Positions 35,281 to 44,771 of a DNA stretch of 64,000 bases are shown piece by piece. Numbering within the stretch: position 1 is the stretch's first letter; every line of letters begins with the position of its first letter. The stretch is from a virus: positions 32,001 through 96,000 of IMG/VR virus record IMGVR_UViG_3300008963_000001, one strand, 5' to 3'. The notes beneath the pieces are model-generated. The model saw only the letters and a list, made by a program, of their open reading frames with translations, did not search any database and was not told where the DNA came from. A program made the position numbers and the translations under genes.

Positions 35281-37932
35281 ATGGCAGTGCAAATAGACAT
35301 CCCCGGCGTTGGATTAGTAACAGCAGAAAATGCTGCGTCGGAAGCAACCCTAGAAGAACTTCTCGAAGTATTCAAAAGGTACACAGGCGACGAAGGCGGC
35401 CGCAAGCCTAAATTCGATGATTTCAAAAAAGGTCTAGGCGGTGCCAAAACCAGTTCGGACAAATTTGCAATATCTGCAAGAATGGCAGGTAGAGGTCTGC
35501 TGGATCTAGCAAATTCGTCAACTAGACTGATTAATGAGTTTGCTAATGTAGGCAACAGCATCAGCAGTGCCACACAGACACTGAGCTATATTCCAGTTGT
35601 TGGAAACACGCTGGCAAATGTTTTTACCGCAGTGGCGCGCAACGCTGAACAGCTGGGTAATTCTTTTATCAATGCCACTGCTACTGGCGCTACATTCGGC
35701 GGTAGCGTGTTAGACATGGCAAGGTCTGCAAGCGAAGCAGGCATGACCTTAGACGATTTTGCTGGTCTCATGCAGAGAAACGGTGAAGCACTGTTGGGTT
35801 TTGGAGAAACCACAGCAGACGGTGCTAGAAGATTTTCACGACTCAGCAGAACTCTGTTAAACACCAACGACGGTCTCTATAACCTAGGATTGGGCACACA
35901 ACAGATCAACGAAGGTCTATTAAACTACAGTAGACTGTTGCGTATCCAAGGTATTCAACAGGGCCTGTCTGATAGACAACTGTTGTCTGGAACGCAAGAT
36001 TATCTAAAAACACTAGATGAACTTGCCAAGGTCACGGGCGAAAGAAGAGATTCTCTAGCGGAAGAGCAGGCACAGATTGCTAGTTCTGCACAATTTCAGG
36101 CGGCATTGCAAGGAACTAGCGCAGATGTAAGGCAAAGTTTTAACGATTTAATTACGCAAATGCCAAACAACGAAATGAAAGAGTTGGCAAAAGATGTTTT
36201 AGCTACGGGCACAGTTAGCCAAGAACAAAACCAATTATTAGCTAGCCAATTTCCTAATGTTGTCTCTGCATTACAAGAATCTAGAAAAAATATACAGTCC
36301 AACACTGTTCTAACAACTCGAGATAGACAGAGAATTGACAACATTTTGATACGCGAAGGTCAAAGAGTTGCACAGTCGATTTCGGGTATTGCAGGAGCAA
36401 ACCAAGCCCTTTTTCCTGTAATGCAAACAGCAACAGCCGCACAACGTAGACAGATAGGTGCTATAATTGCAGCCGAACAAGCACAGCAGTCGGCGGCCGA
36501 GGGTGGAGATAATTTTAATCAAGTCCTTCAACAGTCACAACAAGAAGTTGCTAGAATGGGCAACTTCTTTACAGTTGCACTTGCTCAAAGTGGATTACTA
36601 CCGTTAGCGATAGATTCTGTTGTAATACTTGGTAACATAGTCAGCGGACTCGTGCTTCCGGCATTTAGATTAGTAGGTACGGTAATAACAGATTTTGTTG
36701 TTCCTTCACTACGATTCATAGGCGGAGTAATAGACGACTACTTATTTCCAATTCTCACAGGTGTTGCAGGAGCATTTATTGCACTTAAAGGCGCTGCCGC
36801 TGCCCAAGCTATTGCCACTGGTATTCAAACAGGTGTTACTGCTACCGCAACTGCGGCAACGGGTGCATTTGCTGCATTAATGGCAGCACTGTCGGCCCCT
36901 GTGCTAGCAGTAATTGCAGGTGCCGTTGCAGTAGGTGCAATTTTCAAAATTTTATACGACAAGGGATGGTCTTTAGGCGATATGTGGGAAGGCCTAAAAG
37001 ACACAGCAACACTGCTAGGACTAGCCCTAAAAAATGCCGCAGGACTAGTAGCTGGCCAGTTGCAAAAATATCTAGTTCTGCCATTCCAAGCTATTACCAG
37101 TAAAATAACTTCATTCTTTGAAATAATGTTTATAAATCTTGCAGGCGCGATCGATAGATTAAAAACAGCATTAAATCCGTTCGCAGACGAAGAAGCATTT
37201 GCATCGCGTCAACAGTTGAGAGAACAGCAGTTAGAAGAGCTTAAAAATGCAGAAGCTGCCGCAAAGATAGCTAGACAACAAGAAGTACAGCGCATAGATG
37301 AAAATAAGCAGCTGAGAGAACAAGAATATCAAAATGCTCTTGAAGATGTGCAAGAAAGAAGAAAAGCAAGAGCTGAGGAAAGGCACGACAGGGCTAGAGC
37401 ACGTTCAGAAGAGCCTGGCCTTTTATCTGGTCTTTTAGGTAACCTCACAGGCGGAGGATCGTTTACTAGAGATCTAGAAAATCTAAGAACAAGAGAACTA
37501 GATGCTAGAGAAGAAATAGTAGACGACAACGAAGATTTTTCATACAGTAATCCCATACAAAGCCTAGTAAGAACCGCAGAACAAGCCGGCACCGCAGACG
37601 AATTTAGAGCACGCACAGGCGGACAGCCTGTTGATAGAACAGCACCCATGCCGTCTCCGGAACTTGCACAGACCGGCGGCCCCGAAACCGACACCCCCGG
37701 AGCTCCTGAAGAAGCGCGTGGAGGTGGAGGTGCTGGCAGGAGAGCAAGAAGAGAAGCGCAAGGTACAGGAACAAGGCCACAGGGCCAAGAAACACAAACA
37801 GACCCTATACAACAATTAAATACTAATATAACTGAATTAGTGAGATTAATGCGTGTCAACAACGATCTAACCAGAAGAGAAATATCAGTAACTGAAGGCC
37901 TTTCTGGAGATCTCTACAAGGCCATAGGATAA
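35281..37932 (+). CDS. Tail tape measure protein (883 aa)
   Basis: Long A/Q/L-rich helical protein with a central hydrophobic Ala/Gly-rich segment and a charged C-terminal coiled coil. Divergent from the tail chaperone. Confidence 0.7.
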   Translation: MAVQIDIPGVGLVTAENAASEATLEELLEVFKRYTGDEGGRKPKFDDFKKGLGGAKTSSDKFAISARMAGRGLLDLANSSTRLINEFANVGNSISSATQTLSYIPVVGNTLANVFTAVARNAEQLGNSFINATATGATFGGSVLDMARSASEAGMTLDDFAGLMQRNGEALLGFGETTADGARRFSRLSRTLLNTNDGLYNLGLGTQQINEGLLNYSRLLRIQGIQQGLSDRQLLSGTQDYLKTLDELAKVTGERRDSLAEEQAQIASSAQFQAALQGTSADVRQSFNDLITQMPNNEMKELAKDVLATGTVSQEQNQLLASQFPNVVSALQESRKNIQSNTVLTTRDRQRIDNILIREGQRVAQSISGIAGANQALFPVMQTATAAQRRQIGAIIAAEQAQQSAAEGGDNFNQVLQQSQQEVARMGNFFTVALAQSGLLPLAIDSVVILGNIVSGLVLPAFRLVGTVITDFVVPSLRFIGGVIDDYLFPILTGVAGAFIALKGAAAAQAIATGIQTGVTATATAATGAFAALMAALSAPVLAVIAGAVAVGAIFKILYDKGWSLGDMWEGLKDTATLLGLALKNAAGLVAGQLQKYLVLPFQAITSKITSFFEIMFINLAGAIDRLKTALNPFADEEAFASRQQLREQQLEELKNAEAAAKIARQQEVQRIDENKQLREQEYQNALEDVQERRKARAEERHDRARARSEEPGLLSGLLGNLTGGGSFTRDLENLRTRELDAREEIVDDNEDFSYSNPIQSLVRTAEQAGTADEFRARTGGQPVDRTAPMPSPELAQTGGPETDTPGAPEEARGGGGAGRRARREAQGTGTRPQGQETQTDPIQQLNTNITELVRLMRVNNDLTRREISVTEGLSGDLYKAIG

Positions 37933-37936
37933 GTCA

Positions 37937-39646
37937 ATGAGTTGGAAAAAATATTTTAGTCCTGTATCAGCGGACAATTCGGGTTCTTACAGCCCTGTAG
38001 GAAACGGAGGCGGTGCTGGTCCTGCAAGATCAAACTATTCGTCATATCTTCCTGATGTATACGCAGGCTCTCCCAACAGAACAGAGCGTTATACACAGTA
38101 TGAAACAATGGACATGGATTCTGAAGTCAATGCCGCGTTGGACATACTGGCAGAATTCTGCACAGACAAAGACAACGAAAACGGAACGCCATTCAAATTT
38201 AAATTCAAAGGCAGTCCAACTCCGACAGAAACACGCATGTTGAATGACGCACTGGTTAAATGGAGCAAGTATCAGGAATTTGAAACTCGCATTTTTAGAA
38301 TGGTGAGAAACACTTTTAAATATGGCGATTGCTTTTTTATTAGAGATCCAGAAACACTCAAACTGCTATATGTTGAACCTGCCAAAGTTTCAAAAATCAT
38401 CGTAAACGAAAGCACTGGTAAAATACCAGAGCAATATGTTATTCAAGACCTTAACTTCAATTTTAAAGAAAATGTTGCAGTTACTCCTTTTGGAACACAA
38501 AACAATGCACCGCACGGCACCAGTTCTTATGTAAGTGGCGGTGCATTTGGCCGAGGTTATGTTGGTGATGTAAATCAACCGCCTGGCACGCGCTTTCAGA
38601 CCAATCAAAACGAAGTCACTGTCGATGCCAAACACATGGTACATTTGAGTCTTTCAGAAGGCATCGATTCTAACTATCCGTTTGGCAACAGTCTGCTAGA
38701 AAGCGTTTTTAAGGTATACAAACAAAAAGAACTTTTAGAAGACGCTATTATTATCTACAGAATTCAGCGTGCACCAGAGCGACGCATTTTTTATGTTGAT
38801 GTTGGAAACATGCCTGCACACATGGCCATGCAGTTTGTTGAACGTGTTAAAAATGAAATTCAGCAGAGACGTATTCCCAGTGCCAGCGGCGGCGGACAAA
38901 GTGTTATTGATGCAAGTTACAACCCGCTTTCCACAAACGAAGACTACTTCTTTCCTCAAACAGCAGAGGGCCGTGGATCAAAAGTTGAAACACTGCCTGG
39001 CGGCACAAACCTTGGTGAAATAACAGATCTAAGATATTTTACAAACAAACTGTTCCGTGCCCTGCGTATACCCTCTAGTTATTTGCCAACAACGATCGAC
39101 GAACAACCCAATACAGTTGCAGATGGCAAAGTAGGCACGGCATATATTCAAGAACTGCGCTTTAACAAATACTGTGAACGTCTACAGAGCACTATTGTAG
39201 AGGTATTTGATCAAGAATTCAAGTATTGGTTACATCACAATGGATATAACATAGACAGCAGTCTATTTGAAATTGACTTTAATCCGCCGCAAAACTTTGC
39301 CGCATATAGACAAGCAGAATTAGACGCAACACGTGCAAATCTATATGGCCAGATAGCAGACATTCCGTTTTTAAGCAAGCGTTTTGCTATGAAACGCTAC
39401 CTTGGTCTAACAGAAGAAGAGATTGCAGAGAATGAGAGACTGTGGCGCGAAGAAAACACAGGCAGTCTCAAAAACGAACTAGATTCTGAAGCGCAAATGC
39501 GCAGTGCTGGAGTAACTCCTGCTGGAATCGAAGCAGATCTTGCTGGAGAAACAGAAGAAGCACCTGCCGATATCGAAGGTGGCGACGAGGGCGGTGAAGC
39601 AGAAAGTCCGCTAGGTGGCGAAGAAGGCGGAGCAGCAGAAGGATAA
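37937..39646 (+). CDS. gp20: Portal vertex protein (569 aa)
   Basis: 'LLEDAIIIYRIQRAPERRIFYVDVGNMP', 'EDYFFPQTAEGRGSKVETLPGG' and 'YFTNKLFRALRIPSS' are gp20 signatures. Confidence 0.97.
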   Translation: MSWKKYFSPVSADNSGSYSPVGNGGGAGPARSNYSSYLPDVYAGSPNRTERYTQYETMDMDSEVNAALDILAEFCTDKDNENGTPFKFKFKGSPTPTETRMLNDALVKWSKYQEFETRIFRMVRNTFKYGDCFFIRDPETLKLLYVEPAKVSKIIVNESTGKIPEQYVIQDLNFNFKENVAVTPFGTQNNAPHGTSSYVSGGAFGRGYVGDVNQPPGTRFQTNQNEVTVDAKHMVHLSLSEGIDSNYPFGNSLLESVFKVYKQKELLEDAIIIYRIQRAPERRIFYVDVGNMPAHMAMQFVERVKNEIQQRRIPSASGGGQSVIDASYNPLSTNEDYFFPQTAEGRGSKVETLPGGTNLGEITDLRYFTNKLFRALRIPSSYLPTTIDEQPNTVADGKVGTAYIQELRFNKYCERLQSTIVEVFDQEFKYWLHHNGYNIDSSLFEIDFNPPQNFAAYRQAELDATRANLYGQIADIPFLSKRFAMKRYLGLTEEEIAENERLWREENTGSLKNELDSEAQMRSAGVTPAGIEADLAGETEEAPADIEGGDEGGEAESPLGGEEGGAAEG

Positions 39647-39649
39647 ATA
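39643..39649 (+). promoter_or_regulatory. Late promoter-like motif
   Basis: ATAAATA, 5 nt before ATG 39655. Confidence 0.55.
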
Positions 39650-39654
39650 GTAGT

Positions 39655-39897
39655 ATGCTTTTGAGAGAGTTTTTGGCCTTCGACCAAGATAAAAATGATT
39701 TTGCAAATGATCGCAGATATGACAATCGCCGCGACAACAGTGTACTGTCTCGAGGCGACACCCGCAAGGTAAAACTTACTCTAGGACAAATAAATCAGCT
39801 GAGACTACAAGCTGAAGCCCACAAAGCAGAGCACGAAGCCGAATCGGGCTTCATACAACAGATGTATGGAAACCCAAGTGGCGAAGAAGAGGCTTAG
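39655..39897 (+). CDS. Hypothetical protein (80 aa)
   Basis: Compact ORF in the head operon, starting 5 nt after ATAAATA. Confidence 0.7.
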   Translation: MLLREFLAFDQDKNDFANDRRYDNRRDNSVLSRGDTRKVKLTLGQINQLRLQAEAHKAEHEAESGFIQQMYGNPSGEEEA

Positions 39898-40585
39898 AAA
39901 ACTAAGGGAACAACAGGCAACTAAAAAACCAAACATTGCACACGTTGAAAAACCCAAAGTTGTAAAAAAAATCCAAAACATACAAAGTCAAGACATTGCG
40001 TTTGTAGTAGGCAATGGCACTAGTAGACTGTCTGTAGATCCACAAGAACTTCAAAAAATAGGAACCGTTTATGGCTGCAATGCTCAATATAGAGAATATG
40101 AGCCAGATTATCTCGTGTCGGTAGACGTTAAAATGGTCAACGAAATTGTTGCTAGCGGGTATCACAGAAATCATCAGGTTTGGACAAATCCAAACAAAGG
40201 CATAAACGCTAAATCTGGTATCAACTACTTTTCGCCGCACAAAGGCTGGAGTTCTGGACCAACGGCACTGTGGTTCGCAGCTACAAATGGCCATAAAAAG
40301 ATCTTTATTTTGGGTTTTGATTATCAAGGCAACCGAGGCAAACTCAACAATGTGTATGCTGACACATTCAATTATAAGAAATCTACAGACGCCGCAACCT
40401 ATTTTGGAAATTGGTTAAATCAAACTGAAAAAGTGGTAAAAGAGTTTGTGAACACCAAATTTTATAGACTAATACCAGAAGGTGGCTTTGTGCCAGACAA
40501 GCTCAGCACCCATAGAAATTTAGAGCATATTTCCTACGATCAAATGCATGAATTGTTCGATTTGACTATATATTCCAAAAAATGA
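39866..40585 (+). CDS. Glycosyltransferase-like protein, CstII (GT42)/Maf-DUF115-type fold (239 aa)
   Basis: Motifs 'AFVVGNGTSR', 'VYGCNA', 'PDYLVSVD', 'SSGPTA' and 'IFILGFDY' parallel the GNGPS/CN/S-G/GxD pattern of GT42 and Maf proteins. Confidence 0.6.
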   Translation: METQVAKKRLRKLREQQATKKPNIAHVEKPKVVKKIQNIQSQDIAFVVGNGTSRLSVDPQELQKIGTVYGCNAQYREYEPDYLVSVDVKMVNEIVASGYHRNHQVWTNPNKGINAKSGINYFSPHKGWSSGPTALWFAATNGHKKIFILGFDYQGNRGKLNNVYADTFNYKKSTDAATYFGNWLNQTEKVVKEFVNTKFYRLIPEGGFVPDKLSTHRNLEHISYDQMHELFDLTIYSKK

Positions 40586-40626
40586 ATCAAAAAAGTACCA
40601 TTTAAAGCCAAAAATGTTAAAATATT

Positions 40627-40633
40627 GTAAATA
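40627..40633 (+). promoter_or_regulatory. Late promoter-like motif for the core/protease/capsid genes
   Basis: GTAAATA in the intergenic region upstream of 40668. Confidence 0.55.
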
Positions 40634-40667
40634 GTACTACAGCCTTACAACTAGAGGAGATTAAATT

Positions 40668-41492
40668 ATGTCAGACAAGACACTTGAACAGATGCTAGAG
40701 CATCTTGTAAACGACGAACAAGACAAAGCGGAAGAGCTTTTCCACGAGTATGTGGTAGCTAAGTCGCGCGAAATTTATGAAAGCCTAATCGAAGCAGAAG
40801 AGGGCGAATTCGAAGAAGAAGTCGAAGAAGCTGCTAATGATGCAGATGAAGACGAAGACGACAAAGACGAGGAAGTCAAAGAAGAAGACATGATGGATCT
40901 TCCAGACGAAGAAACAGGCGACCTCGAAGACGAAATCACAATCGATGATGAAGAAGGCGAAATGGACGATGAAGAGGGCGAAGAAGATCCTGAAGAACTC
41001 TTCCAAGACCTTGAGTCTATTGTAGACGAACTACAAGCCAAGTTCGACGAACTCAAAGGCGAAGAATCCGAAGAAGAGCCCGAAATGGACGCAGACATGG
41101 AAATGGATGCTGAAGAAGAAGGTGAAGAAGAAATGGAAGGCTTTGCAAGTGAAGAAGATCAAGCTTTCGAAGCAGAACTTGCACAGGTACGTGAATACGT
41201 AGAAAAGATGGACGGCAAAGGTGCTTCCAGTTCTGAAACAGAAGCAGACAATACAGATTCTGTAGTCGACAACATGAAGAACGACATGGGCGGAACAACC
41301 GAAAACATCCTCAGCGGCGGCGAGGGTGAAACAGGCGGTTCTTCAGAAACACCAAAAGACATGAACACAGGTAATGTCAACAAAGTTGGTGGAACAAAGT
41401 CGTCTAGCATGTATGGCAAAGCGCCAGCAGGTGCAGACAGCAAAGAATCCGGTGCAGACAACACCGACAGCGTTCTCCGTAGCAAGCGATAA
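40668..41492 (+). CDS. Highly acidic prohead core/scaffold-like protein (274 aa)
   Basis: Extreme D/E content. Occupies the gp67/68 position between portal and protease. GGAGA RBS and GTAAATA upstream. Confidence 0.6.
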   Translation: MSDKTLEQMLEHLVNDEQDKAEELFHEYVVAKSREIYESLIEAEEGEFEEEVEEAANDADEDEDDKDEEVKEEDMMDLPDEETGDLEDEITIDDEEGEMDDEEGEEDPEELFQDLESIVDELQAKFDELKGEESEEEPEMDADMEMDAEEEGEEEMEGFASEEDQAFEAELAQVREYVEKMDGKGASSSETEADNTDSVVDNMKNDMGGTTENILSGGEGETGGSSETPKDMNTGNVNKVGGTKSSSMYGKAPAGADSKESGADNTDSVLRSKR

Positions 41493-41502
41493 GGAAATTT
41501 AG

Positions 41503-42129
41503 GTGAAACAAACTCTTGCAGAACATTTGAGTTTCGACCAGGCTAAGATTGTCTTGGAGCGACAAGAAGAGGAAAACGGCAAATCTCTGTATATGAGCGG
41601 TATTTGCATACAAGGTGATATCCGCAATCAGAACCAGAGAGTTTATTCTTCTCGTGAAATTGGCAAGGCTGTTGAGTCGCTCAACGAACAGATCTCTGGA
41701 GGATATTCAGTCTGTGGAGAAGTTGATCACCCTGAGGATTTAAAAATCAATTTGGATAGAGTCAGTCACATGATTACTAACATGTGGATGGATGGTCCAA
41801 ATGGCTACGGAAAACTCAAGATCCTCCCGACTCCCATGGGGCAACTAGTGCAAACCATGCTGGAGTCGGGTGTGAAATTGGGTGTTAGTTCGAGAGGAAC
41901 AGGAGAAGTAGACGGCGACGGCAATGTAAGCGGTTTCGACATTGTAACTGTTGATGTTGTAGCACAACCGTCTGCTCCGGGTGCATACCCGACAGCAGTT
42001 TATGAACACCTTATGAACGAAAAAGGTGGATACAAGGCAGTGCAAATTGCACATGAAATCAAAGGCGATCCAAAGGCACAAAAATATATAGCAGAGAGTC
42101 TGAAAAATATTATTTCGGGGCTCAAATAA
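41503..42129 (+). CDS. gp21: Prohead protease (208 aa, GTG start)
   Basis: 'GICIQGDIRNQNQRVY', 'GEVDHP', 'INLDRVSHMIT' and 'GVSSRGTG...VTVDVVAQPSAPGAY'. Confidence 0.95.
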   Translation: MKQTLAEHLSFDQAKIVLERQEEENGKSLYMSGICIQGDIRNQNQRVYSSREIGKAVESLNEQISGGYSVCGEVDHPEDLKINLDRVSHMITNMWMDGPNGYGKLKILPTPMGQLVQTMLESGVKLGVSSRGTGEVDGDGNVSGFDIVTVDVVAQPSAPGAYPTAVYEHLMNEKGGYKAVQIAHEIKGDPKAQKYIAESLKNIISGLK

Positions 42130-42143
42130 AGTAGGAGAATCAC

Positions 42144-43232
42144 ATGCTAGATTTTGTACAAAACCTATTAGAAAATGATGTGATTTCCGAAGAAATGAAA
42201 TCGGAAATTGAATCTGCTTGGCAAAACAAGATTCAAGAAAACCGTGATCAAGTCAGCGCAGAACTTCGTGAAGAGTTTGCTCAAAAATATGAGCACGACA
42301 AAGCCGCGATGGTAGAAGCAGTCGAAGCAATGCTTGAAGAGCGTCTTCAAACAGAGCTTGGAGAATTTGCAGAAGACCGTCAAGGACTAATCGAAGCACG
42401 TGCCAAATACGTTGAGAAAATGAAATCAGATTCTCAAGCATTTGAATCGTTCTTGCTCTCCAATCTCAAAAACGAGATTGCAGAACTTCATGAAGATAAA
42501 AAGCGAATTGCAGAAAATGTCAATAAGCTAGAACAGTTTATTGTGGACTCATTAGCGAAAGAAATCGCAGAATTCCAGTCCGACAAACAAGATCTTGCAG
42601 AAACCAAAGTTCGTTTGGTTAAAGAAAGCAAGGCCAAGTTTGAAGAAGTCAAAAAAGACTTTGTTAATAAGTCAGCCGAAGCAGTTAAGGAAACAGTATC
42701 GAAAGGTCTGCGTTCTGAAATGACTCAGCTGAAAGAAGACATTGAAGCAGCTCGCAAAAATGACTTTGGTCGTAGGATCTTTGAAAGTTTTGCAAGTGAA
42801 TATGCAACAAGCTATCTCAACGAGAAGAGCGAAACTGCTAAACTAATGAAAGTTGTTCAGCAGAAAGAGCAAGAACTCGAAGAAGCAGCAAAAATTGTTG
42901 CAGAAAGTAAAAAAGAAGTAGAAAATCGTGAGCGTAAAATCAAGCAAATTAAAGAGTCAGCAGAAAGAAAAGAAGTTATGAACGAGCTTCTTGGAACGCT
43001 GAATCGTGACAAGCGTGAAGTTATGTCAGAATTGCTAGAATCAGTGCAGACCGATAAACTACAAGCTACCTTTGAAAAGTATTTGCCAGCCGTTATGGAC
43101 GGGCATACACCTAAGAAGAAGGAAGCGTTAACAGAGGCAAAAGAAGTTACAGGCGATAAACAGGCACAAACAGTCGAAGCGGAAAAGAAAACCGCTGACG
43201 TATATGACATCCGCAGGCTTGCGGGACTTTAA
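42144..43232 (+). CDS. gp22: Prohead core scaffolding protein (362 aa)
   Basis: All-helical E/K-rich coiled coil between protease and capsid genes. GGAGA RBS. Confidence 0.85.
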   Translation: MLDFVQNLLENDVISEEMKSEIESAWQNKIQENRDQVSAELREEFAQKYEHDKAAMVEAVEAMLEERLQTELGEFAEDRQGLIEARAKYVEKMKSDSQAFESFLLSNLKNEIAELHEDKKRIAENVNKLEQFIVDSLAKEIAEFQSDKQDLAETKVRLVKESKAKFEEVKKDFVNKSAEAVKETVSKGLRSEMTQLKEDIEAARKNDFGRRIFESFASEYATSYLNEKSETAKLMKVVQQKEQELEEAAKIVAESKKEVENRERKIKQIKESAERKEVMNELLGTLNRDKREVMSELLESVQTDKLQATFEKYLPAVMDGHTPKKKEALTEAKEVTGDKQAQTVEAEKKTADVYDIRRLAGL

Positions 43233-43255
43233 AAGTTTTAAGGAGATATAGAAAA

Positions 43256-44427
43256 ATGTCACAACTACTCGAGTCACGCTGGTCGGAAACCTAAGACGCA
43301 CTTCTTGAAGGTCTCCAAGGCAACAAGAAGACAGTTATGGCAACAACTCTGGAAAATACCCGCAAGTATCTTGCAGAGAGTGCCACAGCTGGTGCTACTT
43401 CTTCCGGCAACGTAGCAACCCTAAACCGTGTAATTCTACCAGTAATTAGACGTGTAATGCCAACCGTTATTGCTAACGAGTTGGTCGGCGTACAGCCAAT
43501 GACTGGTCCAGTAGGTCAGATCCACACACTGCGTGTTCGTTATTCGGACGCATTTGACAGCACAAGTGGCACTGACGTAACAGCAGGCGAAGAAGCACTT
43601 TCGCCATTCAAGATTGCTGAAGGTTATTCCGGTGCAGCAGACGACAAGGCAGCTTCTACAGCCGCTCTTGAAGGTGTTGCTGGTAACAAGCTTTCAATTC
43701 AGATCTTGAAGCAGACTGTTGAAGCCAAAACTCGTAAGCTCAGCGCACGCTGGACTTTCGAAGCAGCGCAAGATGCACAGGCTCAGCAGGGAATTGACGT
43801 CGAAGCAGAAGTAATGGCCGCGCTAGCGCAGGAAATTACTGCTGAAATTGACCAGGAAATTCTTGCTTCTCTAAGCACGCTAGCTGGCACAGCCGCACTG
43901 ACATATGATCAGGCTGCTGTTTCGGGTACTGCTACATTCGTTGGTGACGAGCACGCTGCACTAGCTGTTCAAATCAACCGTGTTGCAAACTTGATTGCAC
44001 AGCGTACACGTCGCGGTGCTGGTAACTATGCTGTTGTTTCGCCAACAACACTCACACTGCTCCAGAGTGCAACTACTAGTGCGTTTGCTCGTACTACAGA
44101 AGGCACTTTCGAAGCTCCAACAAACACCAAGTTCGTTGAACACTCAACGGTGCAATGAGAGTGTATGTAAACGGCTATGCAACATCTGACGATGTATTGG
44201 TTGGTTACAAAGGTTCGACTGAATCAGACGCACCTGCGTTCTACTGCCCATACATTCCGCTGATGAGCAGTGGGGTTGTACTTGACCCAACTACGTTCGA
44301 GCCAGTCGTAAGCTTTATGACACGTTATGGTTATGTTGAGCTTACAAACACAGCGTCATCGCTAGGTAACGCTGCTGACTACCTCGGCAAAGTTGCGGTT
44401 ACTTCCAGCAACCTACGCTTTGCATAA
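43256..44427 (+). pseudogene. gp23: Major capsid protein gp23, interrupted as assembled (TAA at 43292-43294, one missing base near 44138); restored length about 390 aa
   Basis: AGGAGA RBS then ATG 43256 'MSQLLESRWSET*DALLEGL'. gp23 motifs 'ELVGVQPMTGPVGQIHTLR', 'TVEAKTRKLSARWTFEAAQD', 'EITAEIDQE', 'FYCPYIPL' and 'FMTRYG' are spread over ORFs 43337..44158 and 44155..44427. The lesions may be assembly errors. Confidence 0.9.
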
Positions 44428-44449
44428 GTCTACACTTTGTGTAAACTGG

Positions 44450-44476
44450 AAAGGGCCTTTACAAGGCCCTTTTTTT
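44450..44476 (+). terminator. Rho-independent terminator after the capsid gene
   Basis: AAGGGCCTT-TAC-AAGGCCCTT stem followed by a T-run. Confidence 0.9.
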
Positions 44477-44492
44477 ATGCTTAAATATTCAT

Positions 44493-44771
44493 ATGAAGAT
44501 AGAAAGCGATCAAGACTTCGACAAAATCGAACAGCATATTAGAAAGTATAAAAAAAATTTTCCTATTTTTATCAAAGACATTAAAAAAATAGAAAATACA
44601 ATCGAACAATATAAAAAAGACTATGGCAACTTCATGGTGGCGCATAGACAAAACAAAAATCGTGCCAGCCTCGAGCGTGCTCAAGAACAAATCAACAAAA
44701 TCAGTCATCTGCTGGACATGCTAGATAAAATCGAACTGTTTGCCCTAATGGCCAAGCACGGATCTAGATAA
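44493..44771 (+). CDS. Hypothetical helical protein (92 aa)
   Basis: ORF starting 5 nt after TAAATA. Confidence 0.65.
   Translation: MKIESDQDFDKIEQHIRKYKKNFPIFIKDIKKIENTIEQYKKDYGNFMVAHRQNKNRASLERAQEQINKISHLLDMLDKIELFALMAKHGSR

Noticed and set aside
44120-44160. Programmed ribosomal frameshift in the capsid gene
   Set aside because: No X XXY YYZ heptamer or obvious stimulatory structure at the break. A major capsid protein would need near-complete shifting.
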